Below the pieces are notes generated by a model, which was given only the letters and a program-made list of their open reading frames with translations, had not been told where the DNA came from and did not search any database. Below, piece after piece: positions 10,555 to 20,097 of a DNA stretch of 64,000 nt (positions are counted from its first letter, which is position 1; each line of letters begins with the position of its first letter). The position numbers and the translations under genes were made by a program. The DNA is from a virus (lineage: Duplodnaviria; Caudoviricetes): the IMG/VR virus record IMGVR_UViG_3300031949_001696, one strand, 5' to 3'.

Positions 10555-10887
10555 ATGGCCCGCACGTACAAGACGCTCGCGCTCTCGCTGCGGCCTGATG
10601 TCTTCAGGGCACTCCATGCGATCGGCAAGAAGACCGGCCGCACCGGTGCGCGCGTCGCGGCCGAGATCGTGCTTTGCGAGATCGCGAAAACACCGGAGCC
10701 GAAGGACGAGGCCCGCCGCAGGTCGTGGTGCTGCCACGGGCGTATCGTGCCCGTGCAGGGTCAGCTCGTGGTACCGGAGACCTCCGACGGCAAACGCCGC
10801 TGGGTCCCGGTGATCGTGCTTTTGTGTGCGACGCGCAAGAAGCAGATGCACAGGCGCGAGTACGAGGGATGGATCGTCGATGCGTGA
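10555..10887 (+). CDS. Putative RHH-like DNA-binding protein
   Basis: KTLALSLRPDVFRALHAIGKKTGRT pattern. Overlaps the helicase start. Confidence 0.45.
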   Translation: MARTYKTLALSLRPDVFRALHAIGKKTGRTGARVAAEIVLCEIAKTPEPKDEARRRSWCCHGRIVPVQGQLVVPETSDGKRRWVPVIVLLCATRKKQMHRREYEGWIVDA

Positions 10888-12535
10888 TCGAGGTTCTCAA
10901 GGAACGCTGCCGGGGTTCGCGCCCCCCGCACCACCGTCGATCATCAAAACGCCGACCATCGAGCAGACCACGATCATCGACGAAATCCGATCTGGAACGA
11001 GACACGTGCTCGTCGAGGCACTGGCGGGGACCGGCAAGACCAGCACCATCTTGAAGAGTCTCGAAGGATCTACCGTCAAGCGCGCCCTACTGTGCGCCTT
11101 CGGTCACAAGAACGCAGAGGACCTCAGGGCCAAGATGCCGAAGGCTCCGCCGAGACACACGTGGAAGGCAAGCACGCTCCATGGTCAAGGATTCGGCATT
11201 CTGCGCAGCTACGGTTGGAAGCCCGATCTTGACGATAAGAAGGAGGGCATTCACAACGACGAGAGCGAGAATCTCGTGAACGACGCGGCCGATGTGATCG
11301 CGGAAGTCGTCTCCGCAGAGGAGCTTCACGGCCACGAACTCTGGTTTTCGCACCTTCCCACCGCCGCGGTTGGCAATGTGAAGTACATGATTTCGAATGA
11401 GGTCCGGCGTGCAGCACGCGACCTGCTCCACTACTGGAAGGATAGGTGTCTCGGGCAAGACGACGCCGACAGCGACGATCTCGAAGCCTTCGACGACCTC
11501 GGCGCGGAGGAAGACGCGAACTTGGCGTACACGATCGCGCACTTCGCCTACCTGGCGGGGGCTCGCATTGATCGCCCCAAGATCGAACAACGCGACATGA
11601 TCTGGCTGCCATTGGTCCTCGATCTCATGCCGAAGTGGTCTTACGACCTGGTGATCGTTGATGAGGGACAGGATCTCTCGCGTCCGCAGTTCGAACTCGC
11701 AAAGCGCCTCATGAGTTCTGGCGCGAAGTTGGTGGTCGTCGGTGATCTCCGACAGAGCATCTACGGCTGGCGAGGCGCCGTCGGAGACGAAGTGTGGGAG
11801 GAGATGGGCTCCATGAAGGCGGTTACGCTGCCGTTGACGGTGTCGTTTCGCTGCGCGCGCGCTGTGGTTGAGGAGGCCAACAGCCTTGTTTCAGATCTTC
11901 AGGCTTGCGACGACGCGCCGGTTGGCGCGGTTCACACGTGCACGCTTGCTCGAATGATCGAGGGCCTGCCCACAACGACCATCGATTCGTTCATCTTGTC
12001 TCGAAACAACGCGGTGCTGTTTAACATCGCGCTCCAGCTGTGGAGCAGGAACGCGACCTTCAGTTTCAGCAAGGGCAAAGAGCTGGCAGTGGGTCTGCAC
12101 GCGCTCGTTAATCAGCTCAACACCAACGACGCTGAGAGCTTCCGAAAGTCACTCGACGAGTGGTACGAGCGGACCCTCGCGAAGGCGGAGGAGAAGTCGG
12201 CCATCAGCAAGATCGAGCGCATCAAGCAGCGGCGAGCCACACTGCTGGCGCTGCTGACGTGCACCGAGCCGAAAGGACTTCACGCACTTCTCCAGCGGCT
12301 CACGACGGAGCGGGATAATGCAGTAGTCAAGCTCGCCACCGTACACGGGGCCAAAGGACTGGAGGCCGACCGCGTATATCTCATGCGCGAGACGTTCGCC
12401 CGATATCAGGAGAGGCCACCAGATCCGATCCCACCGGAAGAGCTGAACCTCGAGTACGTCGCGATCACCAGGGCTCGCCGCGAGTTGGTTTGGGTCGACC
12501 TCGGCGAGCCAGAGGACGACAATGACCGCTACTGA
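10880..12535 (+). CDS. UvrD/Rep-like SF1 helicase
   Basis: Walker A ALAGTGKT, DEGQD, VGDLRQSIYGWRGA, SFRC, TVHGAKGLEAD and YVAITRAR. Confidence 0.93.
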   Translation: MRDRGSQGTLPGFAPPAPPSIIKTPTIEQTTIIDEIRSGTRHVLVEALAGTGKTSTILKSLEGSTVKRALLCAFGHKNAEDLRAKMPKAPPRHTWKASTLHGQGFGILRSYGWKPDLDDKKEGIHNDESENLVNDAADVIAEVVSAEELHGHELWFSHLPTAAVGNVKYMISNEVRRAARDLLHYWKDRCLGQDDADSDDLEAFDDLGAEEDANLAYTIAHFAYLAGARIDRPKIEQRDMIWLPLVLDLMPKWSYDLVIVDEGQDLSRPQFELAKRLMSSGAKLVVVGDLRQSIYGWRGAVGDEVWEEMGSMKAVTLPLTVSFRCARAVVEEANSLVSDLQACDDAPVGAVHTCTLARMIEGLPTTTIDSFILSRNNAVLFNIALQLWSRNATFSFSKGKELAVGLHALVNQLNTNDAESFRKSLDEWYERTLAKAEEKSAISKIERIKQRRATLLALLTCTEPKGLHALLQRLTTERDNAVVKLATVHGAKGLEADRVYLMRETFARYQERPPDPIPPEELNLEYVAITRARRELVWVDLGEPEDDNDRY

Positions 12536-14179
12536 TTCAAGCGAGCACGACCTCGGCGGCATCGTGATCCGCTGGGATGAGGACGGCCAGGGCTTCGCAT
12601 GGCGCCACCCCACGTGCCGTGCGTGGGCCACGCTCCGGTTCTGGCCAGATCCGGCGTCGACGGGACACCGCCTGATGCGTGGAGGATCCAAGGACGTCGA
12701 TAAGCTCACCGTCGTCGGTTCGCTTTTGTGCCCGATGGGCTGCGGGACGCACGGCGTGATCGAAGACGGCCGGTGGAGGGTCGTATGACCATCGTGATCC
12801 TCGTCTACGCGGTCGTGAGCCTCCTCATCGGCGGCGCCGCCATGACGTACGAGATCTGGCACCGTCCCGCGATGCTCGATCGCGCGGATGCGCGCGGCAC
12901 GTTTCCGTCGCCGAAGATGGCACTCGGAGAGCTGATCTTCTTCGGCATGGTCGTGGCGGCGTGCTGGCCACTGCTTGCGGGGGCGGCGATCAGCACCGCT
13001 TGGAGTGCGAGGTGAAGATGACGAGAAGGAGACTCCGACCGAGCGCGCGGCATCACCAGGGAGCGGAAGGCTCTGGGCACACATCTAAGAAGGAGGCTGC
13101 GATGTTTGACCATGCCGATCACTGCGACGACTACATCGACGACCCGGCCGCACCCGAGCCGCTGCGGAAGTTCCTCGCGTTTGCCCGCGCGCCGGCCCAC
13201 GGCCAGCTCTTGCCCGAGCCGCATCCCGTGCTGTTCGCCGATCACGCGGGAACACGCGTGCGGGTCACTGGGGCCTCACGCCTGGGCGACGTCGGCATCA
13301 CGACCGATCTCGATGCCGAATTTGGCTACGAGCAGCGTGTTCTCGTCAGCGCGCTCTCCAACTTTTCGGAGACACCGTGAGTGCTAGCCAGAAGCGCGGT
13401 GACGTCATGAACGAACGCGGTGGATCCTTGATCCTTCCGTGGCCAAATACGCTGGCGAACATTCGCAAGACAGTGCGTGAACTGCGCGCAAAGGGTTGGA
13501 CTGCCAAGATCGAGAAGACAGCCCACGAGACGTACGTGTGGACAAACGCGCCGATGGCGAACCGTGGCTGCTAACCAAATGGTGCCGCTACGACTCGCGA
13601 GGAGGATAGGTCGATGATGGAAGATCACGTGCGGGAGCTACTCGACAAGAGCCTACGCTCGTACACCGAGCGCGAGCGGGCGTGGTGGAAGCAAGATCGC
13701 CGAGGGCGCTGGGTCGTGCTCGAGCCCGGTCCCGGGCGGCTCCTCAAGGACTCTCCGCAGCGCATCCGTGACTACGTCGACGCGATCACCGAGCAGCGCG
13801 GGCGGCGTTTCAGCTCGCTCTCTCGTGCCCGTGCGTTCGCGCGCGAGGTCGACGGCGTAGTCCGCCGATGGAAGCGGCAGATGCCGGGTCGCGGACCGTG
13901 GCGGCGGACTACCAACCCGTGGGAAGGGGCCACCCGTTGCCTGCCGCTGTGGATCTACACCTCACCGAGGGCCGTCGCCCAGGGTGCCGCGGCGCAGGAG
14001 ACCGCACCATGAAGCTCGAAACTCCGAAGATTCGACATCGTAACGGGGAGCAATGCTCGTGCGATCCTCGTTGCACGTGCCGTCCCCCAGAGCGGATGGA
14101 ACCTGGGGAGGACATCGCAAAGCGCGGCTCTTTCCATCTCCTAACATGTCAGGCATTCGGAGAAACCAAGCAAGACTGA
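12522..14179 (+). CDS. Run of small hypothetical ORFs (12522-12788, 12785-13015 with two TM helices, ~13102-13380, 13377-13574, 13614-14012, 14009-14179)
   Basis: Coupled start/stop overlaps continuing the + strand operon. Confidence 0.55.
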
Positions 14180-14186
14180 ACGAACG

Positions 14187-14447
14187 TTACGCGGCGGGCG
14201 CCCCGACATCCGCCGGTGCCGCAGGCGCGGCGGTAACAGCAGCCTTGGGCTGCTTTGCGGCAGACGCGTCGACGTGCGCCTGCGAGATCGTCGCCACGCC
14301 GAGCGGTGACACGAGCAGGAGCGCGTCCTGGACGCTGACCCCGAAGTACAGGTGGAGCACGCTGGCGGCGGCGGCAGCGATGAAGCTGTATGCCGCCTTC
14401 TTGCTATCGAGGATCTCGGTGATCGTACGCTGGAGAGCTTTCAACAT
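14187..14447 (-). CDS. Small two-TM membrane protein, holin candidate
   Basis: SKKAAYSFIAAAAA..VLHLYFG and ALLLVSPLGVATI hydrophobic segments. Downstream of the endolysin on the same strand. Confidence 0.5.
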   Translation of the reverse strand: MLKALQRTITEILDSKKAAYSFIAAAAASVLHLYFGVSVQDALLLVSPLGVATISQAHVDASAAKQPKAAVTAAPAAPADVGAPAA

Positions 14448-14652
14448 GCGGCGATCCTAAGTCGCGACGCTGTGAAGGTCTGCTTTCTTGCAGTGGTGTC
14501 CCGCAAAGCTGCGAAGAACCTCGATTCACGTCGCGCGGTGATAGCTCGCTAGGTTGCTTCGTAGGTAAGGACGAGGTGACCCGTGGCAGCGGTGCCTGGC
14601 GAGCATATCGTCGAGACGTCGCGCCGAACCGCTTTCTTGACCTCGACTCATC

Positions 14653-14934
14653 TCATCTATAGATCACCCGACGCGTTGGATGCTCTTCGGTCACCGTCTC
14701 ACCGGCACGAGTCATGGTCACCCACGTGACGTATTCGTTCGACTCGGGATAGTTACCGCCAGAGCGCACGCGGCCGGTTCCGATCTCATCTCCGAGGTAG
14801 TCCAGCACGGCGACACGCTGGCCATTCTCGTATCCGTATCGACCTGCCTTCGCGGTACCGCCGCCATGCTTGGTTTTTGCGAGGACCTCGGCGATGTCGC
14901 GACCTAGTTGAGCAGGAGACTTTTTGCGACGCAT
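14653..14934 (-). CDS. Small protein with N-terminal KKSPAQLGRDIAEVL tag and SH3/KOW-like beta domain
   Basis: N-terminus shared with four other ORFs in the window. Confidence 0.7.
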   Translation of the reverse strand: MRRKKSPAQLGRDIAEVLAKTKHGGGTAKAGRYGYENGQRVAVLDYLGDEIGTGRVRSGGNYPESNEYVTWVTMTRAGETVTEEHPTRRVIYR

Positions 14935-15000
14935 GACTTGAGCTTCGAGTCTACCGCCTCACAGGACAGAATGGTTTCGAACCGATCCCTTGACCGCGAC

Positions 15001-16011
15001 TCACGTCTCGAAGACGACGTCCGCGATCGGCCGCGTCTGATCCCCGTACGTGCCATCGACGGTGTTCACGCCGTAACAGCGGTACACGCACGCCGCGAGG
15101 TTTCCGACGTTTTGGTCGGTGATTTCGACGTACTGCATCGGCTGCCCAGACCAGCGACCGTTCGCGTAGCGTCCGTCTGCTGCGATCCGATACAGGCGGT
15201 TTTCCCAGACCACGAAGAGCCCTGTGTGATGCCACCACAGCCACTTGCCGTTGATCAGCGTCGACTGACCGAACACGACGAAGGTGGGCAAGGTGCCCGC
15301 ACGTGCCCGCGCGAGCAGCTCTTTGGCGTCGATTACCTTCGAGATGCCGGCGCGCTTCGTCGTGCTGCCGTCGGTCAAGATCGGCGAGCACATGTCGCCG
15401 TAGCCGCGGTATCGAAGCACCCAGCCGTCCTGCGGCACGACATGCTCGTCGGCCGATGCTTCGCACAACGTCCACAGCTCCGGGACATTGCCAGCATGTG
15501 TGTAGTCGCCGTTGCGGCGACCGAGCCAGCCGAGGACGAAGTTCGTGAACGCGGAGCAGTGGAACGACGGGAACGTCTGGCCGCCGTTCCATGCCTTCGC
15601 GCCAAGCGCTCCGGGCCCGTGGGTGACGACCCACTTGTCGCCGACGAAGAGCCCGCGTCCCGGTCCGTAGCGAACCGGTTTGCCCGTGATCGCTCCGACG
15701 ATCACGGCGATGAACCGCTGGAACGCGGCCCACGTCACGGCGTTGCACGGCACGATCGCGATCGGACTCGGCGGTGGCGGCGGGCTCGGATTCTTGATGA
15801 CGAGGGCCTGCGCGATGCGCGCCTGGGTCAGAGGGCCTGCGATCTCGTCGTCGACGAGCTCCTCGTACGCCTGCTGGAACGCGAGCACAGCAGCCGCGGT
15901 TTTCGGACCGAAGTCGCCGTCGATGTCACCGTCGTAGTAGCCGAGCGCCCTGAGCCGGATCTGGAGCTGCTCGACCTCAGCGCCCTGGCTTCCTCGCTTG
16001 AGAATGCTCAC
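15001..16011 (-). CDS. Modular endolysin: N-terminal peptidoglycan-binding domain plus putative NlpC/P60- or CHAP-like Cys-His catalytic domain
   Basis: LKRGSQGAEVEQLQIRLRALGY..IDGDFGPKTAAAVLAFQ (PG_binding_1), a Pro linker, then FHCSAF and HHTGLF. Confidence 0.8.
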   Translation of the reverse strand: MSILKRGSQGAEVEQLQIRLRALGYYDGDIDGDFGPKTAAAVLAFQQAYEELVDDEIAGPLTQARIAQALVIKNPSPPPPPSPIAIVPCNAVTWAAFQRFIAVIVGAITGKPVRYGPGRGLFVGDKWVVTHGPGALGAKAWNGGQTFPSFHCSAFTNFVLGWLGRRNGDYTHAGNVPELWTLCEASADEHVVPQDGWVLRYRGYGDMCSPILTDGSTTKRAGISKVIDAKELLARARAGTLPTFVVFGQSTLINGKWLWWHHTGLFVVWENRLYRIAADGRYANGRWSGQPMQYVEITDQNVGNLAACVYRCYGVNTVDGTYGDQTRPIADVVFET

Positions 16012-16238
16012 GGCACGTCGTCTTTCGAGGAGTCGAACTTGCGATCGAGGGCGTCGTCGGCTTCCTTGCGATCTGCTGCGAGCTGATCGCGCATCTTCTC
16101 GGCTTCGGCGAGCGCCTGCTTGAGCTGCGCGGTACCGGCCTCGAGCGCTTGTTTGGCCTTATCGATCGTGCTGGCGAGACCCTCGGCGGTTGCGATCAAG
16201 AGCTTGGCGACGTCGATCGCATGGTTGATGTCGATCAT
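16008..16238 (-). CDS. Small coiled-coil protein in lysis cassette
   Basis: Coupled to the lipoprotein and endolysin genes; heptad-rich. Confidence 0.6.
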   Translation of the reverse strand: MIDINHAIDVAKLLIATAEGLASTIDKAKQALEAGTAQLKQALAEAEKMRDQLAADRKEADDALDRKFDSSKDDVP

Positions 16239-16660
16239 GGCTTCGCCTCCTTGGGCGGTGACGCGGGAGTCTTGAGGTCCTTGAGGTCCTTGAGGTCCTT
16301 GAGGTCCTTGAGCAGGGAGAGCGCCTTCTTGACCGCGCTAGCTGCCTCGCCCGCACTCTTTGCGTCGGAAAGGAGTGCTGCGTCGTGGATGGCGCGGTAG
16401 GCGACGTCGATCGCCTTGGCGACGACATCGACTTTCGCGCGCCACGCGTCGAGCTGGGTGCGGCCCTCCTCCTTGGAGGTCGCCTTCTCGACGATCTGCT
16501 CTTCGCGCTCCCTGCTGACCGTGAGCAGTGTGTCGCGCGCGACGTTGAGCCCGACGAGGCTGCCGCGGAGCGCCTGGACGCGGGCGCTCGCGCCGCAGGC
16601 AGCGACGAGGCCGACGAGGCAGAGGAGCACCACGAGCCTGGCGGCGGATTGCGCGAGCAT
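16235..16660 (-). CDS. Lipoprotein with coiled coil (spanin candidate)
   Basis: Signal peptide with lipobox LVAAC. First gene of the lysis cassette. Contains an in-frame (KDL)x4 9-nt tandem repeat. Confidence 0.65.
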   Translation of the reverse strand: MLAQSAARLVVLLCLVGLVAACGASARVQALRGSLVGLNVARDTLLTVSREREEQIVEKATSKEEGRTQLDAWRAKVDVVAKAIDVAYRAIHDAALLSDAKSAGEAASAVKKALSLLKDLKDLKDLKDLKTPASPPKEAKP

Positions 16661-16669
16661 GAAAAACCC

Positions 16670-16777
16670 TACTCCGAAGCTACCCGCGGGTCCAAAAACC
16701 CGCAGTCGCGGTCGAGCTGACGCGCTTTACTCCAAAGCGGCGAGCGGGTCCAAAAACCCGCAGTCGTGGTCGAGCTG
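16670..16777. repeat. Two ~50-bp direct repeats (period 58 bp) between divergent genes
   Basis: TACTCC.AAGC.....GCGGGTCCAAAAACCCGCAGTCG.GGTCGAGCTG at 16670-16719 and 16728-16777, each with an internal GCGGGT..ACCCGC inverted repeat. Confidence 0.9.
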
Positions 16778-16834
16778 CCATCGCGAACTTGCAGATCTCA
16801 CGTGAGGACGGGTGTTGCGTTAATGTCTTAGAGC

Positions 16835-17485
16835 ATGTCTTTCGATCCGCAGACGTCCGATCTCAAGCGACTGTTCATGGATCCGCACATGTTTGATTCG
16901 GCCGAGGATTGGCATGACGCGGGCTTCAAGATCGTTCGCGACAGCGAGACCAAGATCCTCGTTGCCAGACACAAGGCGGCGGACGGTTACCTGTTCAAGA
17001 AGTACACGAACCGGATCCCGCTGAACGAGCAGCTTGCGAAGTTCAAGCGCCGCGTCGAGGGCGCGCGAAAGCTGCGATCGCTCATCGCCGAGAAACATCT
17101 CCGGCGAATCGTCGTTCCGCAGAAGTGGCTCCGCGAGCTTCCCCGCGAATTCTCGCGCGGAGGAGTACCTTCCTACGTGCTCATCGTCGAGAAGTTCCCG
17201 ATCTTGGACAAAGACGACTCCGAGTACGAGCACGAAGAGATCGACGAAGATACGCTGCGCGAGCTGTGCGTTGTCGTCTACGCGTGCACGCACCTCGACT
17301 TCACGGCCAGAAACGCTCCCTTCACGAAGCGGGGTCAGATCGCCTTCATCGACACGGAATATCTGGACTGGAACGTCACGAAGAGCTGGCAGAAGTACCT
17401 GGAGAATGTCGGCAAGTACGTGTCCAGCCGGCGCCTGGATTTTGCGAAGAGGTTGTGGAACGAGTTGGGCGGTGGCGGCGCGTGA
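16835..17485 (+). CDS. Atypical protein-kinase-like fold protein
   Basis: YLFKKY (beta3 Lys), HLDFTARN (catalytic D-x4-N loop) and IAFIDTE (DFG equivalent). Confidence 0.6.
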   Translation: MSFDPQTSDLKRLFMDPHMFDSAEDWHDAGFKIVRDSETKILVARHKAADGYLFKKYTNRIPLNEQLAKFKRRVEGARKLRSLIAEKHLRRIVVPQKWLRELPREFSRGGVPSYVLIVEKFPILDKDDSEYEHEEIDEDTLRELCVVVYACTHLDFTARNAPFTKRGQIAFIDTEYLDWNVTKSWQKYLENVGKYVSSRRLDFAKRLWNELGGGGA

Positions 17486-17525
17486 TGGCCGACGACGCCA
17501 ACGATTTACGGCATCCTGCGCGCTA

Positions 17526-18023
17526 CTACCGCTTGGCTCTGCGATAACTCGCAAACCGCGCAGAAGCGTGCACTGGAGCGGCGGCGTCGCCAGGTCGAGC
17601 TGTCCAACGCCTGCGGTGGCCGTCGACGACGGCGGCGCGGATGCTGTCGGCACCCAAGATGAAGAGTGCGAGCGATCGATGATTGCCGCCGGCGATGTAG
17701 TACGTCCGGCCGGGACCTAGGATCACCCGGATGTCGTCCTTGAACTGGTACATCGCCTCGGCACCCTTGTCGACGAGCCACTTGAGCGCTTCGCGCTGAG
17801 CCGGCCAGCCCTTGTGCTTGGGCACGTCGTCGCCCACGTAGGCGGCCCTGACCTTCTTCGCCAGCTTGGCGAACGGCAAATCTCGCAGCGTCCTGAACCC
17901 GAACACGTCTCGGAAGCCGTACTTGCGGCCACGATGGATACCGATCTCAGCGTGTGCCAGGACGAGGTCGTCGAACGGTATCGTGACCAGGTCATCGGGT
18001 GCTTTCTGCTTCTTGCGTGACAT
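17526..18023 (-). CDS. ParB/Srx-like domain protein
   Basis: IRV...YYIAGGNHRSLAL..LG...IRA.V matches the ParB N-terminal GxHR motif. Confidence 0.55.
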   Translation of the reverse strand: MSRKKQKAPDDLVTIPFDDLVLAHAEIGIHRGRKYGFRDVFGFRTLRDLPFAKLAKKVRAAYVGDDVPKHKGWPAQREALKWLVDKGAEAMYQFKDDIRVILGPGRTYYIAGGNHRSLALFILGADSIRAAVVDGHRRRWTARPGDAAAPVHASARFASYRRAKR

Positions 18024-18095
18024 GGCTGCGAGATCGACGTGCTTATTTTGCCACTACGCGGCTACGCCGTGGTGACAGCGTGGCGAGGTCGAGAT

Positions 18096-18683
18096 CTACA
18101 TCGGGCGAACGGTCGCCGACGTCGGTTTCGCCCAGGCGAGTGCCGCCTCTTCAAGAGCGCCGAGCGCGCTGGTGCGGAGCGTCGGATCGGCGACCGCGAG
18201 CGCGCGGGCCGCGTCGAGCAGGGCGCTGAGCTCTGGATGTTGTTTCTTCGGAGAAGCACCGAGCAGCCACTTGTCGCGACGCTCGGTCCGTGGGTGAAAC
18301 TTGGAGATCATCTCGTACGCGCGCTCGATCGAGGGAGCGGCGCCGGACCATACGAGGTACCAGACAGCAGTCAAGGGGGAGCGCTCTTGCGCGTGGATGC
18401 AGTGAACGAGGACCTTCTTGCCGATCTGGAGCTTCCACCAGATCGTCTCGGCGATCAGGTCGAGCTTGTGAGGATCGGCGTGCCAGCCGTCGGGCCAATC
18501 GGCCATAAACGGCAGATCCAAGGAGCCGACGGGCTCGCGCGGCAACTCTTCCGTGCGCTTGTACCTCGACCGGTATTCGGTCACCGAGATGCAGACCCAG
18601 TCGTCCGGGACGTGATCGCCGAGCGCCTCGGCGTCCTCGCGTGTGCCGAGAAAGAGGTTCGGGAGAATCTCGCTAGCCGTCAT
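18096..18683 (-). CDS. Dual-specificity (CX5R) protein phosphatase
   Basis: SEILPNLFLG N-terminus and KVLVHCIHAQERSP catalytic loop. Confidence 0.85.
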   Translation of the reverse strand: MTASEILPNLFLGTREDAEALGDHVPDDWVCISVTEYRSRYKRTEELPREPVGSLDLPFMADWPDGWHADPHKLDLIAETIWWKLQIGKKVLVHCIHAQERSPLTAVWYLVWSGAAPSIERAYEMISKFHPRTERRDKWLLGASPKKQHPELSALLDAARALAVADPTLRTSALGALEEAALAWAKPTSATVRPM

Positions 18684-18803
18684 CGCGTCCGCCGCGCCTT
18701 ATTGTGTCACGAAGGCACACGCGGAGAGCGCGAAGGAACAACGGCTTAGATCGTCGGCGCGACAGTTTTTGGCCTTGTTCCAAGGAAACGCGTAGGTTGG
18801 CGC

Positions 18804-19988
18804 ATGACGATCATCGGTGGCCTCTGCTGTGGCGGTTGCGGCTGCGGTGATTGCGAGGGCGAGTGTGGTGAGCGGGGCAAACGTGGCAAGCGCGGTCACC
18901 GTGGTCACGATGGACTCGACGGCGCGACAGGACCGACGGGACCGACGGGACCGACGGGACCGACCGGCGCAACCGGCGTCGGTACGACCGGACCCACAGG
19001 ACCGACGGGGCCGAGCGACGGACCGACGGGCCCGACGGGTCCGACAGGTCCGACAGGTCCGACAGGAGCGACGGGTCCGACAGGTACCACGGGCGTCGGC
19101 AGCACGGGTCCGACAGGTCCGACGGGGCCGAGCGACGGACCAACGGGCCCGACGGGCGCTACTGGCTCGCCAGGAACGCCAGGCGGTCCCACGGGACCGA
19201 CGGGACCGACGGGATCGAACTCGGGAATTCTGGCAGCGCTCACGCTCACACCACCGATCACGGCAGCGCTCGCGGGCGGCGACAACAACGACTTTGCTCC
19301 GGCCGGTGGCGGAACTTCGAGCGTCTGGCGTCTGACCGGTGGTGGGATCAGCGGATCGACCATCACCGGTATGTTGACCGGCGGCGCGAACACCGATGGG
19401 CGGGTCGTCGTCGTCGAGAACGTCGGCATACTCAACATCTCGTTCACGAATCAAGACGTGAACTCGGTGGCAACGAACCGCTTTGTTTTCCCTGCGGCCG
19501 CGAGCTCGTTCGTGATTCCGAGTGGGGGCACCGCCGCGTTCATCTACGACGGGACGACGGCACGCTGGCGAATGCTGGCGATCGTTTCGCCGACACTACC
19601 CCTCACCACCATCAGCACCGCACTGGTCGTCCAAAGCTCGATCACCGCCTTTGGTGCGATCACGGGGCAGTCCACGACGGTGGCCGCGGCGGGCGCGCAG
19701 AACGACTACAACCCGGCCGGTAACTGGCCCGGGAACCAGAACCTCTTCCTCGCGGCAGGTGTCGCGCTCAGCATCACTGGTTTCGATGCGACGGGCGTCA
19801 ACGCTGGACAGGTCATCAATCTCATCAACACGAGTGCGGCGGACTCGTGCACGCTCGTGCACAACAGTGGCGCGTCACTCGCAGCGAACCGGCTCTTCTT
19901 GCCCAACAGCGTGAACTTCGTGGTGCCGCCAAACGGTGCCGTCAGCCTCGTTCGTACGTTCACGGGCGTCTGGCAAGTGATCGGCTGA
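18804..19988 (+). CDS. Collagen-like fibre protein (Cys-rich/basic N-terminus, GPT repeats, two beta-rich C-terminal repeats)
   Basis: Long G-P-T triplet run. Duplicated C-terminal module (NDFAPAG../NDYNPAG..; NRFVFP/NRLFLP). Confidence 0.85.
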   Translation: MTIIGGLCCGGCGCGDCEGECGERGKRGKRGHRGHDGLDGATGPTGPTGPTGPTGATGVGTTGPTGPTGPSDGPTGPTGPTGPTGPTGATGPTGTTGVGSTGPTGPTGPSDGPTGPTGATGSPGTPGGPTGPTGPTGSNSGILAALTLTPPITAALAGGDNNDFAPAGGGTSSVWRLTGGGISGSTITGMLTGGANTDGRVVVVENVGILNISFTNQDVNSVATNRFVFPAAASSFVIPSGGTAAFIYDGTTARWRMLAIVSPTLPLTTISTALVVQSSITAFGAITGQSTTVAAAGAQNDYNPAGNWPGNQNLFLAAGVALSITGFDATGVNAGQVINLINTSAADSCTLVHNSGASLAANRLFLPNSVNFVVPPNGAVSLVRTFTGVWQVIG

Positions 19989-20097
19989 TCACAGCCAATA
20001 AAATGGAGAGGCACTTTTTTGGAGCCAAAGCCGTGACGATGTCCTCCCCATTACCAGTGATATCGAGTCGTGGCTCGATATCCAGAACACGTGATCT

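Noticed and set aside
14908-16086. Long antisense ORFs over real genes (also 34000-35208, 35212-36414, 45028-45801, 54396-55409)
   Set aside because: Shadow ORFs typical of high-GC DNA, lying opposite genes with clear motifs.
18920-19215. 9-bp periodic DNA repeat as a possible mini-array or VNTR system
   Set aside because: Fully explained by G-P-T collagen coding.
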